A stretch of DNA of 64,000 bases from Chiloscyllium plagiosum (Eukaryota): contig NC_057718.1 in assembly GCF_004010195.1 (NCBI RefSeq), forward strand, positions 93,398,561-93,462,560, read 5' to 3'. The translations under genes and the position numbers were made by a program. The notes beneath the pieces were generated by a model. It saw only the letters and a program-made list of their open reading frames with translations, ran no database searches and was not told the DNA's origin. Numbering within the stretch: position 1 is the first letter of the stretch; each line of letters opens with the position of its first letter. Shown in pieces: positions 1 to 12,063 of this stretch.

Positions 1-299
1 CCAAAACCTCAATCTGAGCTACAAATCTCAAAACCCGCTAAGCATGAGCAATGAAAACATTCTTCTTATGGTTGTTTCAGATCGCCTGATGATATAGAAC
101 ACCTTCTCCAGGCCACCAGCACTTTGCATCACTACCTTTCGAATCCACTTCAAATGTATTGATGATTTTGTGATGGTATTATGTGAACGTCTGCAATTTT
201 CTCTACTGACGAAAATGCCCTGCGTCAGATTTCCTTGGTATATCAAGGGAGAAATGATTGATTCGCTCTCTCCATTATGGATGGAATTATCCTTGACTG

Positions 300-2139
300 A
301 GGACCTTTGGGAATGTTCATAGTTATGGAGGAGGAGAGGGTTAGGCAAAATGGGAGGATATTTAATTGGGGAAGAGGAAACTATGATGCGATTAGACATG
401 AGTTAGGAAGCATGGATTGGGAGCAATTGTTCCATGGTAAAGACACTATAGACATGTGGAGACTGTTTAAGGAACAGTTGTTGCAAGTGATGCATAAATA
501 TGTCCCTCTGAGACAAGCAAGAAGTGGTAAGATAAAGGAACCTTGGATGACGAGAGCGGTGGAGCTTCTCGTCAAAAGAAAGAAGGCAGCTTACATAAGG
601 TGGAGGAAGCTAGGATCAAGCTCAGCTCNNNNNNNNNNNNNNNNNNNNNNNNNNNNNNNNNNTCGCCACTTGCGAAGATCTTTGCATCCTCGCTCTCCAC
701 TGGAGGCGTACCTGAGGACTGGAGAGAGGCAAATGTAATTCCTTTCTTCAAGAAAGGAAATAGGGAATCCCCGGCAATTACAGACCAGTAAGTCTCACGT
801 CTGTCGTCTGCAAGGTGTTAGAAAGGATTCTGAGAGATAGGATTTATGACCATGTGGAAGAGCATGGCTTGATTAAATGCAGTCAACACGGCTTTGTGAG
901 GAGCAGGTCATGCCTCACAAACCTTATCGAGTTCTTTGAGGATGTGACTAGAAAGGTTGATGAGGGTTGAGCTGTGGATGTGGTGTATATGGACTTCAGC
1001 AAGGCATTTGATAAGGTTCCCCATGGTAGGCTCATTCAGAAGGTCAGTAGGAATGGGATTCAGGGGAACATAGTTGTCTGGATACAGAATTGGCTGGCCA
1101 ACAGAAGACAGCGAGTGGTAGTAGAAGGAAAATATTCTGCCTGGAAGTCTGTGGCCAGTGGTGTTCCACAGGGCTCTATCCTTGGGCCTCTACTATTTGT
1201 AATTTTTATTAATGACTTGGATGAGGGGATTGAAGGATGGGTCAGCACGTTTGCAGATGACACAAAGGTTGGAGGTGTCGTTGACATTATATAGGGCTGT
1301 TGTAGGCTGCAGTGGGACATTGACAGGATGCAGAGATGGGCTGAGAGGTGGCAGATGGAGTTCAACCTGGATAAATGCGAAGTGATACATTTTGGAAGGT
1401 CAAATTTGAAAGCTGAGTACAGGATTAAGGATAGGATTCTTGACAGTGTGAAGGAACAGAGGGATCTTGGGGTGCAGGTACATAGATCCCTTAAAATGGC
1501 CACCCAAGTGGACAGGGTTGTTAAGAAAGCATATGGTGTTTTGGCTTTCATTAACAGGGGGATTGAGTTTAAGAGTTGTGAGATCTTGTTGCAGCTCTAT
1601 AAAACTTTGGTTAGACCGCACTTGAAATACTGCGTCCAGTTCTGGTCACCCTATCATAGGAAAGGTTGGATGCTTTGGAGAGGGTTCAGAGGAGGTATAC
1701 CAGGATGCTGCCTGGACTGGAGGGCTTATCTTATGAAGAGAGGTCGACTGAGCTCGGACTTTTTTCATTGGAGAAAAGGAGGAGGAGAGGGGACCTAATT
1801 GAGATATACAAGATAACGAGAGGCATAGATAGAGTCGATAGCCAGAGACTGTTTCCCAGGGCAGAAATGACTAACACAAGGGGCCATAGTTTTAAGCTGG
1901 TTGGAGGAAAGTATAGAGGGGATGTCAGAGGCAGGTTCTTTACACAGAGAGTTGTGAGAGCATGGAATGTGTCGCCAGCAGCAGATGTGGAAGCAAGGTC
2001 ATTGGGGACATTTAAGAGACTACTGGACATGCATATGGTCACAGAAATTTGAGGGTGCATACATGAGTATCAGTGGTCGGTACAACATCGTGGGCTGAAG
2101 GGCCTGTTCTGTGCTGTACTGTTCTATGTTCTATGTTCT
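300..2139 (+). mobile_element. CR1-clade LINE, 5'-truncated, young-looking (ORF2 RT fragments)
   Basis: ORFs 974-1294 ([36 protein letters not shown]), 1328-1798 and 1666-2052 are CR1 ORF2 pieces with frameshifts/stops; ends in (TTCTATG)n tail. Confidence 0.95.
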
Positions 2140-3939
2140 TTGATTTCATCCCAGTGGCAGGAAAGTTTAAATCGCATGCTCTTCTTCCCAACAGGCTCTG
2201 GATGCATGGATAATTTGAGTGTTCAAGACTGAGGTCAATATATCAGCATTACGGCTGTCAAGGAACATGGACTAAATGGAGTTGAGCTGCAGTTCAGCCA
2301 TGACCAACCTGAATTGGCTTAAAGGGTGTTAAAGAATGGTCTTTTCCTCCACGTGGAAGCTCTTGGTTATTGTTTAAGATCAATGAACCTATCATGGAAA
2401 ATTAAAAATGGAGACAGCTGAAGTTCCTAAAATCGACCATACCGAAACATTAGCTTGTTTCTTCCTTTCTGATGCCGATTGCTTTACTTGTCATTTCCAG
2501 TGTCTTCTGGGATTGTGGAATATTGTTCTCTGTGGAGGTGGTCCCATTAAGTATATAGTATACCCTAACTTCATACAAATGGGTAATTTATAATGGTATT
2601 TACAGGATCTAATTAGACGTAGTCCTCAACATAACTTTCATAAGGATTAGCTTGATGTTCGCAATTGGAAGTTTACTTTTTGTTACAGTTAATCAAGTTA
2701 AGTCTTAAAGAAAGGTGTGCTGGGTTTAAATAGCACCAGAGAAATAATTGAAAAAGGAAACTGGAATTGTTCAGTCTTCTATCGTGCTGTAATGCAATTG
2801 AACATCTGAAAAATGGCTAATAAAGGAACAAAAACATTTTTTAATGATTTAAAAAAAATGTAATCTTACATTTGCTCCCATAAAATAGTGCTACAGTTAA
2901 GATATAACAGTTTAATTACCTTGAAACATGCATTGTTGATTTTCCATTTTTCTTTTATCGGACTGTGTGATCAACTCTGTTGTTTGTAGCAACTTGTGTT
3001 GCTTAACCTTGTTTTCATTTTAACACACAATATCTAAACATCACAATTATTATTATAGATGAAAGCAAAGTGGCCAAATGTCAAAGTATTTCAATTACAG
3101 CAATTACATACATTTCATTGGATGATAATATCTTTTCTCAAATAAGCAAGAGACCATTCCAGAATACAATGGTATTATCAAACCAGATCACTAATTATAT
3201 AAACCCTGAGTCTGGCACAAAAGTTTAGAATAATACAGTGTACAATAGGAAGGTGAATAACACAACCAAATGTGACCATCTCTTAATCTAATGAATTATG
3301 GATGGCTACAAGACAGTTGATTGAGATGTTTATATTATTGATGCTGTGATTTTTGTTTAAGTATTCAGACAAGAAATATTTTTGTCAAAAGTACTTCTTT
3401 TGAATGATCACAGAAAAAGTAATCAGGAGCTTTGTTAAATGTCTAACTGAAAGAATTGAATCTTACCACAAAAAAGACTGACAAAATCTGTGAAAGTTCT
3501 GTCTGGTTGTATTGATAATTTAGTCAAAATGAAATGACGAGTTAGAGAGTAAAATGGATGGTTCACCAATCTAATGCCCACTGTTGGATGCTGGGTACTG
3601 ACTTTTCTGAGTGAGCTCGGTCCGTGAGAAGTTGTGACCTACTTACAGTGCTGGGCTACCAATCACAATGTCCACACACAGGAAGCCAGGCAGAATTTGG
3701 CTCCCTCTGTCTCGTATGCAACCGTGAGCCAATGCTACCACTACAACTGCTTCTCCAGCACTGCTATGTAATACACCTCCAGCCTCCCTCAGTAACAACA
3801 TTGGAACTTCACTATTGCAATGAACCAGAAATGCTAAGTATACCTGTCATATACACAGGACAACATACAGACAGGGGCATTTTTCAAGGCATTACCACAC
3901 TGGTGGTTGTGGACAACATTAGGAACATCTAAAGAAGAA

Positions 3940-4790
3940 AGGACATGCGTTCATATTGCATCCTTCACAACCTCAGGACATCCTAAAGCACTCAGAGGCT
4001 CTCTAAGGCTCTCGTCAGACCAGGAGTATTTCAGGAAGGATGTACTGGCCCTGGAGCATGTTCAGAGGAGGTTCATGAGAATAGTCCAAGGAATGAAAAG
4101 TTTAACATGAGGAATGTTTGAGGACTCGGGATCTATTCTTGATAGAGTTTAGAAGGATGAGGGAGAATCTAATTGAAACTTATAGAATAATGAATGGCCT
4201 GGACACAGTGGATGTTGGGAAGATGTTTCCATTGGTAGGACCTGAGGGCACAGCTTTAAAGTAAAGGGAAGATGCTTTAAAATGGAGATAAGGAGAAGCT
4301 TCTTCATCCAGAAAGTGGTGAATCTATGGAATTCACTGCCACAGAAGGCTGTGGAGGCCAGGTCATTGAGTATATTTAAGACGGAGATAAATATGTTCTT
4401 GATTGTGATGGGGATCAAGAGTTGTGGAGAGAAAGCAGGAGAATGGGTTTGAGAAACTTATCAGCCGTGATTGAATTATGGAGCCGACTCAATGGGCTGA
4501 AAGGCCTAATTTCTGCTCCTCTGTCTTATGGTCGGTCTTAAGTTCTTTTAAAGTGTAGTTATGGTTATAATGTAGAAGCCATGGTAGTCAAATGCTGCTC
4601 TTCATGGTCTTGCCAACACCAATGAGCAAAGAACACATAATTTGTCCTGTAGTGGTGTTTGTTGAGGGATAAAAAATGCTGGGACACCAAGGAGAAGGCT
4701 CCTGCTCATCTTTGAAATAGTGCTCTGGATCTTTAATGACCATTTGAGAAGGCAGACAGAACCTTGGTTTTATACCTTATTTGAAGATAA
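3940..4790 (-). mobile_element. Old Deu-domain SINE (SacSINE1/AmnSINE-like), interrupted by a CR1 3' fragment
   Basis: Recognised reverse Deu-domain-like sequence (gaaatagtgctctggatctttaatgaccatttgagaaggcagacag) at ~4713-4760 and a tail-like segment at 3940-3995. Confidence 0.6.
4020..4540 (+). mobile_element. CR1 LINE 3' fragment
   Basis: RKDVLALEHVQRRFMR..., FFIQKVVNLWNSLP-type coding remnant and CR1 3' UTR/tail. Confidence 0.9.
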
Positions 4791-5325
4791 ATGTGCCATA
4801 GCTTATGCATTGGGAAATCCAGAATATGATTTCAGGGTTGGCCACGAATTAGGACCGGCAGGACAATGGGAACAAGATCCAGCTAGTGAAAGGCAAATAA
4901 GCAAGATCAGGAAAGCCAGTTACATTACAGCACAATAGTAGACTGAAGAATTCTAGGTGAGGTGAATATTTCCATAAGATCAGATTTGGGCACATGGACA
5001 GCCCAAAGATCATGAAGCGAGGATTCTTCATTCTGCTAGTATCAGATCATCAGAAACATGAGGGAGATTTAAGGTTGAATATGGAAGACGCAGTACACTG
5101 AATCTGTGGTTCATGTCTGTTTGAGGAAATCCTTTAAGTGTCTGATCCTTCTCTCCACAAGAGATTCTGTTTCTAAAGACACCCTTCCCTCTATTGAGAG
5201 TCCATTTGACTGTTCCAAGCTGCTGAAGGTCCTGGAAATATCTACTCAAGCTGCCCTTCCTCACTGTCACCATCTGCAGATTGAGGTTATATTACACATG
5301 GAACGGATAGTAAATGCAACCTTGG

Positions 5326-5667
5326 AATCATAGAATGCCTACAGTGTAGAAGCAGGCCACTCAGCCCAACAAGTCCACACCGAGTCTCTGAAGAGCATCC
5401 TACCCATACTCTTCCTGCACCCCCCCCAAGAACCCTGCATTTCCCCATGGCTAATCCACCTAACTTATACATCCCTGGATACTATGGTGCAATGTAGAAT
5501 CCACCTAAACTGCACATCGTTGGACTGTGGGAAGAAACCAGAGCACCCAGAGGAAACCCACACAGACACAGGAAGAACGTGCAAACTCCACACAGTCACC
5601 CGGGGAAGCGGGAATTGAACCTGGGTCCCTTGAGCTGTGAGGCAGGAGTGCTAACCACTGAGCCAGC
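5326..5667 (-). mobile_element. HE1-like tRNA-derived V-SINE
   Basis: Reverse complement has tRNA-like A/B boxes (ggctcagtggttagc; ggttcaattccc), V-domain (gtggagtttgcac...gggtttcctc) and a CR1-like tail. Confidence 0.9.
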
Positions 5668-5761
5668 AATGTTTTTATGCTGTGATGAGGGAGACTCTGT
5701 TGCCTCTCTACTGGTTGGAGACAGCCACCAGTACCCAAACAGCAGGTCCACTGAGCAAATA

Positions 5762-6102
5762 GGGTGGCATAGTGGCTCAGTGGTTAGTACTGCTGCCTCA
5801 CAGCACTAGGGACCCAGGTTCAATTCCCACCTCAGGTGACTGTCTGTGTGGAGTTTGCCTATTCTTCCCGTGTCTGTGTCTGTGTGGGTTTCCTCTGGGT
5901 GCTCTGGTTTCCTCCCACAATTCAAAGATGTGCAGGTTATGTGAATTGGCCATGCTAAATTGCCCATAGTATTAGGTGCATTAGTCAGGGGAAAATATAG
6001 GGTAGGGGAATGGGTCTAGGTGGATTACTCTTCGGAGGGTTGGTGTGGACTTGTTGAGCTGAAGGGTCTGTTTACATATTGTCGGGAATCTAATTTAATC
6101 TA
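5762..6102 (+). mobile_element. HE1-like V-SINE
   Basis: A/B boxes, V-domain, CR1-like tail; head-to-head with the previous copy. Confidence 0.9.
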
Positions 6103-6389
6103 ACTCAATACAGTCATCAGGATGTGAAAGATGAGGACAATGTGCAGATGCCAGATAACACAGCACAAGAAGAAAAGAAAGAGTCAAAGAGTGATATGGC
6201 AGAAAAGACATTAGTTGTTTGTTGAATATTTGCCCTGACCATCTATGTTTCCACTACAATAATTTTGATAAATGTGCATTTGTAAACCAGCACAAGGAAA
6301 GGAAGAATTTATTGGAACAGGAAAGGAGGCTAATTTGTAAGCAAAAGGCAATGAATTTCTAGTTTCTATTCATCTTTAGTTTTTATTTA

Positions 6390-7810
6390 CAGAACAACCT
6401 CAGTTATCCGAACACCAGTTATCTGAATTTTGGATTATCTGAAAAAGATCTCAAGGTCCCATAAATATTTTATTAAATTTCAATGAAAGCACAGCGCGAT
6501 CAAGCAGCCTGGGTTTGCTGCAGGAGCAGGAATAGGGTCGCCATGGGAACCCTGTTCCTGCTATTGCTGTCGCCATGGGAACCCTGTTCCTGCTATTGCT
6601 GTCACCACGAGACCCAGTTCCTGTTATTGTCATCACCATGGGAACCCTGTTTCAGGGCTATTGCTGCCACCATGAGACCCTGTAGTTACTATTGCCACCG
6701 TCACGGAAACCCTGTTCCTGCTATTGCTGTCGCCATGGGAACCCTGTTCCTGCTATTGCTGTCGCCATAGGAACCCTGTTTCTGCTATTGCTGTCTCCAT
6801 GGGAACCCTGTTCCTTCTATTGCCGCCGCCACGGAAACCCTGTTCCTGCTATCGCTGTCACCATGGGAACCCTGTTCCTGCTATTGCTGTCGCCACGGAA
6901 ATCCTGTTCCTACTATTGCTGTCACCATGGGAACCCTGTTCCTGCTATTGCTGTCGCCATGGGAACCCTGTTCCTTCTATTGCCGCCGCCATGGAAATCC
7001 TGTTCCTGCTATTGCCGTCGCCATGGGAACCCTGTTTCTGCTATTGCTGTCACCATGGGAACCCTGTTCCTGCTATTGCTGTCTCCATGGGAACCCTGTT
7101 CCTTCTATTGCCGCCGCCACGGAAACCCTGTTCCTGCTATCGCTGTCACCATGGGAACCCTGTTCCTTCTATTGCCGCCGCCACGGAAATCCTGTTCCTG
7201 CTATTGCTGTCGCCATGGGAACTCTGTTCCTGCTATTGCTGTCGCCATGGGAACCCTGTTCCTGCTATTGCTGTCACCACGAAACCCAGTTCCAGGTATT
7301 ATCATCACCATGGGAACCCTGTTCCCGCTATTGCTGTCGCCATGGGAACCCTCTTCCAGGGCAAATTGCTGCCACCATGAGACCCTGTTCCTGCTATTGC
7401 CGCCGCCACAGAAACTCTGTTCCTGCTATTGCCATTGCCATGGGAACCCTGTTCCTGCTCCCACCACTACAAAACTCTGTTCCTGCTATTGCCACCACCA
7501 CGGAAACCCTGTCCCTGCTATTGCCGTTGCCATGGGAACCCTGTTCCTACTGATGCTGCCGCCATGGGAACCCTGTTCCCGCTATTGCCCTCACCATGGG
7601 ACCCTGTTCCTGCTATTGCCGTCACCACGGGAACCCTGTGCCCACTATTGCCATTACCATGGGAACCCTGTTCATACTATTACCATCACCACAGGAACCC
7701 TGTTCCTGCTATTGCCATTCCCATGGGAACCCTGATAAGTTATCCGAACAATCAGTTATCTGAACAAAATAGTCCCCGCCCGTCTTGTTTAGGTAATCAA
7801 GGTTGTTCTG
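6390..7810. mobile_element. Tigger/pogo-like MITE containing a minisatellite
   Basis: TIRs cagaacaacctcagttatccgaac (6390) / gtttaggtaatcaaggttgttctg (ends 7810), left TA flank, subterminal ttatc(c/t)gaa repeats; same ends as 46804-47119. Confidence 0.75.
6541..7733. repeat. 32-bp minisatellite, about 37 units (ccatgggaaccctgttcctgctattgctgtcg)
   Basis: Direct 32-nt periodicity with no spacers; explains the overlapping Cys/Pro/Leu-rich ORFs in all frames. Confidence 0.95.
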
Positions 7811-7844
7811 AAATAGGACAAGAGTTAAGATAAGTTAAAATTAT

Positions 7845-8210
7845 TTTTTTTAGGATGAGGATGAAGCATCACTGGCTGAATCAGCATTTATTGCCCATCC
7901 CTAATTGCCCAGAGAGTAGTTAAGAGTCAACCACATTGCCATGGATCTGGAGTCACATGTAGGTCAGACCAGGTAAGGATGGCAGTTTCCTTTCATCACT
8001 GGATGAGTTAATGAATAAGGTGGGTTTTTCCAAGAGTCAACAATGGATTCAAGGTCATCTTTGGCCCTTTATTCCAGGTTTATTTTTTGTTTTATTGAAC
8101 CCAAATGCCACCATCTGCCAACGTGGGATTTGAGCCTATGTTGCTGGAACATTAACTGAGTCTCTGGATTAACTGCCCAGCAACGATACCACTAAGTTGT
8201 CACCTCCCCC
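7845..8210 (-). mobile_element. tRNA-derived SINE, second family (tail shared with the LINE at 59665-61270)
   Basis: Matches 59258-59590 and the reverse of 43764-44240; tail cagcatttattgccc is shared with the LINE 3' end. Confidence 0.75.
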
Positions 8211-8399
8211 ATTAAAGTTACAGTAAGTACAGTCACTTAAAAGTATAAGAGAGAGTGTGCCAAGGCAGCTCAGCCAAGCAAAATGTCCATACTGTGGCAA
8301 AAGGGGGGGAGACGTGGACACATCTCATGAGCCAGGTGAGTCCATAGGTAACACATGTCACTGCCTTCACAGGTTTGAGCCCCAGATTTCACAGCTTAT

Positions 8400-9240
8400 G
8401 GAGAGCAATGTAGAACTTCAAAAAGACATTCACAGGTTAGTGGAATAGGTGGTAGCTCAATTAAAATGCAGAGAAGTGTGAGATGTTACAATTTACTGCA
8501 AAGAACATAGAGAGGCAGTGCACAATAAAGGGAACTATTCTACGGGGTGGCATGATATATATATATGTATATCTCAGCTCAAATTATTGAAGGTGGCAGG
8601 ACACATACACTGAGCTGTTAAGAAAGTGCGTAGTGTTCTTCATCAATAGGGGCAAAAAGTGTGGCACTGATAAAGCACAGCTGTTCAGGCAGCATCTGAG
8701 GAGCAGAAGAGTTGATGTTTCAAGCACAAACTCAGGGATCATGATGAAGAGCTTATGCTCGAAATGTTGACTCTCCTGTTCCTTGGATGCTGCCTGACCG
8801 GCTGTGCTTTATCAGTGCCAAAGTTTTGGCTCTGCTCTCCAGCATCTGCAGTCCTCACTTTCTCCTTCATTAACAGGGGCAAAAAGTACAAGAACACAGG
8901 GAGGTTTTGATAAGCTTGCCTATGATGTTAGACCTCAGCTGGAGTATTATATACAGTTCTAGGCACCACACTTTAGGAAGGATGTGAATGCATTGGAGAC
9001 ACTGCAGCAGAGGTTTACAAGATGAAGCCCCAAGGATGAGAAAGATCAGTTCTGATCAATTGGAGAAGCCAGGACTGGAGACCTTGGAGAGCTGGAGTCT
9101 GAGGCAACTTTTGAATCTGAAATCATTTCGGGCTTGAACAGAGTAGATAGGGAGAAACCATTCCCAAACATTGACAGGAATGAGAACCAGAGGACACGGT
9201 AATAAAGTGTTTTAAAAAAAAAGCAAACTTCTGCAAAGTT
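8400..9240 (+). mobile_element. Degenerate CR1 fragment, host of a PLE insertion
   Basis: gttagacctcagctggagtattatatacagttctaggcaccacactttaggaaggatgtg (RPQLEY..QF*APHFRKDV). Confidence 0.75.
8655..8865. mobile_element. Fold-back Penelope-derived insertion (family A) with degenerate hammerhead
   Basis: Inverted arms homologous to the PLE end at 51998-52125; tgatgaagagcttatgctcgaaatgtt; flanking duplication cttcat(c/t)aa(t/c)aggggcaaaaagt. Confidence 0.8.
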
Positions 9241-9258
9241 TAACTGACACATTCTGGA

Positions 9259-9585
9259 ATGGCACGGTGGCTCAGTGGTTAGCACTGCTGCCTCACAGAG
9301 CCAGGGACCCAGATTTGATTCCAACCTCAGGTGATTGTGTGCACATTTTCCCTGTGTCTGTGCGGGTTTCCTCCGGGTTCTCCGGTTTCCTCCCACTGTC
9401 CACAAAGATCTGCAGGTTAGATGCATTGGCCATGCTACATTGCCCATGATGTGCAGGCTAGATTAGCCATGGGAAATGCAGGGTTACAGGGATAGCATAG
9501 GGGATGTGTCTGGGTAGGATGCTATTCAGAGGAGCGGTGTGGACTCGATGGGCTGAATGGTCTGCTTCCACCTTGTATGGATTGA
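9259..9585 (+). mobile_element. HE1-like V-SINE
   Basis: A/B boxes, V-domain, tail. Confidence 0.9.
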
Positions 9586-10339
9586 AAGGAGCATTGGAGG
9601 ATTATATTTTAACAGAAGCAGAGTGCAGGGTTAAGGGGGATTGGCAATAAATCCATATGCTCAGAGGGCTAGTGTAGACACGATGGGCTGAATAGCCTCC
9701 ATCTGCACTGGAGCAATTCTGTAAAATGAGTTTACCAACTCATTGAACCTCAAAGCATCCTCCATCCTAGAACTATTACTTCCAATAAAAGCTATAGTGT
9801 CTACACTCTAATTTTGATGGGTGATTCAAGCCGACACCAGGGTTGTGATGAATAATGGCAAGCAGATGGTTGTTCAAACTAAATCACACAATTTGGATCC
9901 ATTTCGTATTATACCTTCTAACTTGATCCTTCAGATTTCATTTCACAATGTTTTACACGATAATATGTCACGGATGATGGATAAGAGACTGTGAGGGGGG
10001 TCTCGGCATTGTTTCTGTTCTAACTTATTTAGATCTCCTACATATCCTTCTAACTCATAAAAGAACCATGATAATTTAGTCCCAATGGTGAGCTGTTCTC
10101 AGTTCATCTAACTTTCCTTTAGTTTTTATCCAACTTTCAATTACTGTCATGGACCGTATCTCTTTTTATACCCAATTTTGCCATAACAAAGCATGCAATC
10201 TTAGTAGATCAGCAGAAAATGGATTAAGCTTTTTAATGAGAACAAAGGAAAGTTGGAATTTTCATGGAATTGTAATGATTCATCATGCCTCTTACAGTCA
10301 ACAATCTGGGTCTTGACAGCATTCGACTAAACAAAGGCA

Positions 10340-10530
10340 AGTTAGTACTCTTTCCCCTGAGTCAGAAAGTCTGGGTGTAACACCAGTCCAAGTCTTGAAC
10401 TTGTGCTGCAGGCTGACACTCCAGTGTCGTACTGCAATGCACCATCAAAGATGTTATCATTCGAAGGGAAACAAATCACCTATTCAGGTGGACATTAAAA
10501 ATCCCATGGCAATGTTTGATGACGAGCGTG
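10340..10530 (+). mobile_element. Degenerate Deu-domain SINE fragment
   Basis: cctgagtcagaaag...ggctgacactccagtg...tcaggtggacattaaaaatcccatggca. Confidence 0.55.
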
Positions 10531-11264
10531 ACAAACATTCCTGTTGCAGCCGGTACATTGCCAGTTGCAACTTGCTGTGGTTTATGGAGATCGAGCCCTG
10601 TAGGAAGTGTGGTCCCAACTGTGGCTAAGCACTTTCGAAGGACTAATGTTTGATGTTTAGCTATATTTCTTTACTCTTCTACTTAATGCTGAGAATTGCT
10701 GTCGTGTTTAACTTCTAACATTGTTCTTTCTACCTTGTTGTTACGATTCTGTACCTAAGTACTTTGTGCCTAAGATGATGCTTTATGTGGTGCCATTGTA
10801 CTCCTGTACTTGAGTGCACGAGGCTATAAAAATCTAAATTTTCATGGCACCTCTTAAGGCTGCCTATTTCCACCTCTTCAGCTTTGCCACTGTATGAGCT
10901 AATCTGTTGCTGAAATCCTCAGTGGTCCAGAGAAACAAAAGTGCAAGAGAGGACATTGCACAGCCCATATTAAATGACAAGGTAGTCCCCACAGTCCCCA
11001 TTACAAATGCGACAGTGATGGAAGAAGCCTTACTTTTGCTGGACCCACTGGAGAACAAAGAGATCCTGGACCAGTCTGTGTACTGCGTAAATTGACATTC
11101 ATAGTTTAGTAGATGTTGTGTTGGGGTCGGTCTCTACCAGAAGCCAGGCAAAAACCAGGTCAGTTTATTGTACCTGGTATATTTGACAACACTCTACTAA
11201 ACAACATTAATACTCCTGCCCTGAGTCACTGTTCTTGCTAGACAAGTTACTGTAGAAGACATTT

Positions 11265-11445
11265 CAGTCAAAAAGTGTGGCACTGGAAAAGCACAGCCTG
11301 TCAGGCAGCATCCGAGGAGCAGGAGAGTCGATGTCTCGAGCATAAACTCTTCATCATACCCGCTCCTCAGATGCAGCCTGACCGGCTGTGCTTTTCAAGT
11401 GCTTTTTGACTCTGATCTCCAGCATCTGCACTCCTCACTTTCTCA
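11265..11445. mobile_element. Fold-back PLE family A insertion
   Basis: Inverted arms, degenerate hammerhead on the minus strand, tail ctccagcatctgcactcctcactttctc. Confidence 0.8.
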
Positions 11446-11751
11446 GAGAGGAAATTGCAGCCTTCAACAATGTCATTAAAACATTCAATTCCCATTTGAG
11501 TTTAAGAAGAAACCCTGATTCGGTCCACCAAAATTTAATGGGTGGAAACAAGGATTACAGTAAACCAAGGACTCTTCCATAAATGATTCATATCACCATA
11601 CCTATGGCACTTTGTGTGGCAACATCATATTTTTTTCACCGCACTCCTGTACTTTTGTACTTGAGGTCACGCGACAATAAAATCAAAACCAAGCTGAATT
11701 AATAGATGACATTTTGCAGATAATGGTCAATATGGAAGTTTGAAAGACAAT

Positions 11752-12063
11752 TAGAATTAGAATCCCTACAGTGTGGAAACAGGCCCTTTGGCCCAACAAG
11801 TCCACACCGATCCTCCGAAGTGTAACCCACCCAAACCCCTACCCTGTATTTACCCCTAACTAACAACCTACACTATGGGCAATTTAGCTGGCCCATTCAC
11901 CTAACCTGCACATCTTTGGATTATGGGAGGAAACAGGAGCACCTGGAGGAAGCCCACACAGACACAGGGAGAATGTACAAACTCCACACAGACTGTTGCC
12001 CGAGTCAGGAATCAATCTAGCACTGTTAGGCAGTAGTGCAAACCACTGAGCCACTGTGCTCCC
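11752..12063 (-). mobile_element. HE1-like V-SINE
   Basis: Reverse copy with (attaga)n tail. Confidence 0.9.

Noticed and set aside
6541..7733. CRISPR-like array (32-bp repeats)
   Set aside because: Units are head-to-tail with no unique spacers, there are no cas genes and the context is eukaryotic
6483..7833. Cys-rich ORFs resembling keratin-associated or metallothionein proteins
   Set aside because: The same peptides cycle through all three frames because a stop-free 32-bp unit is repeated
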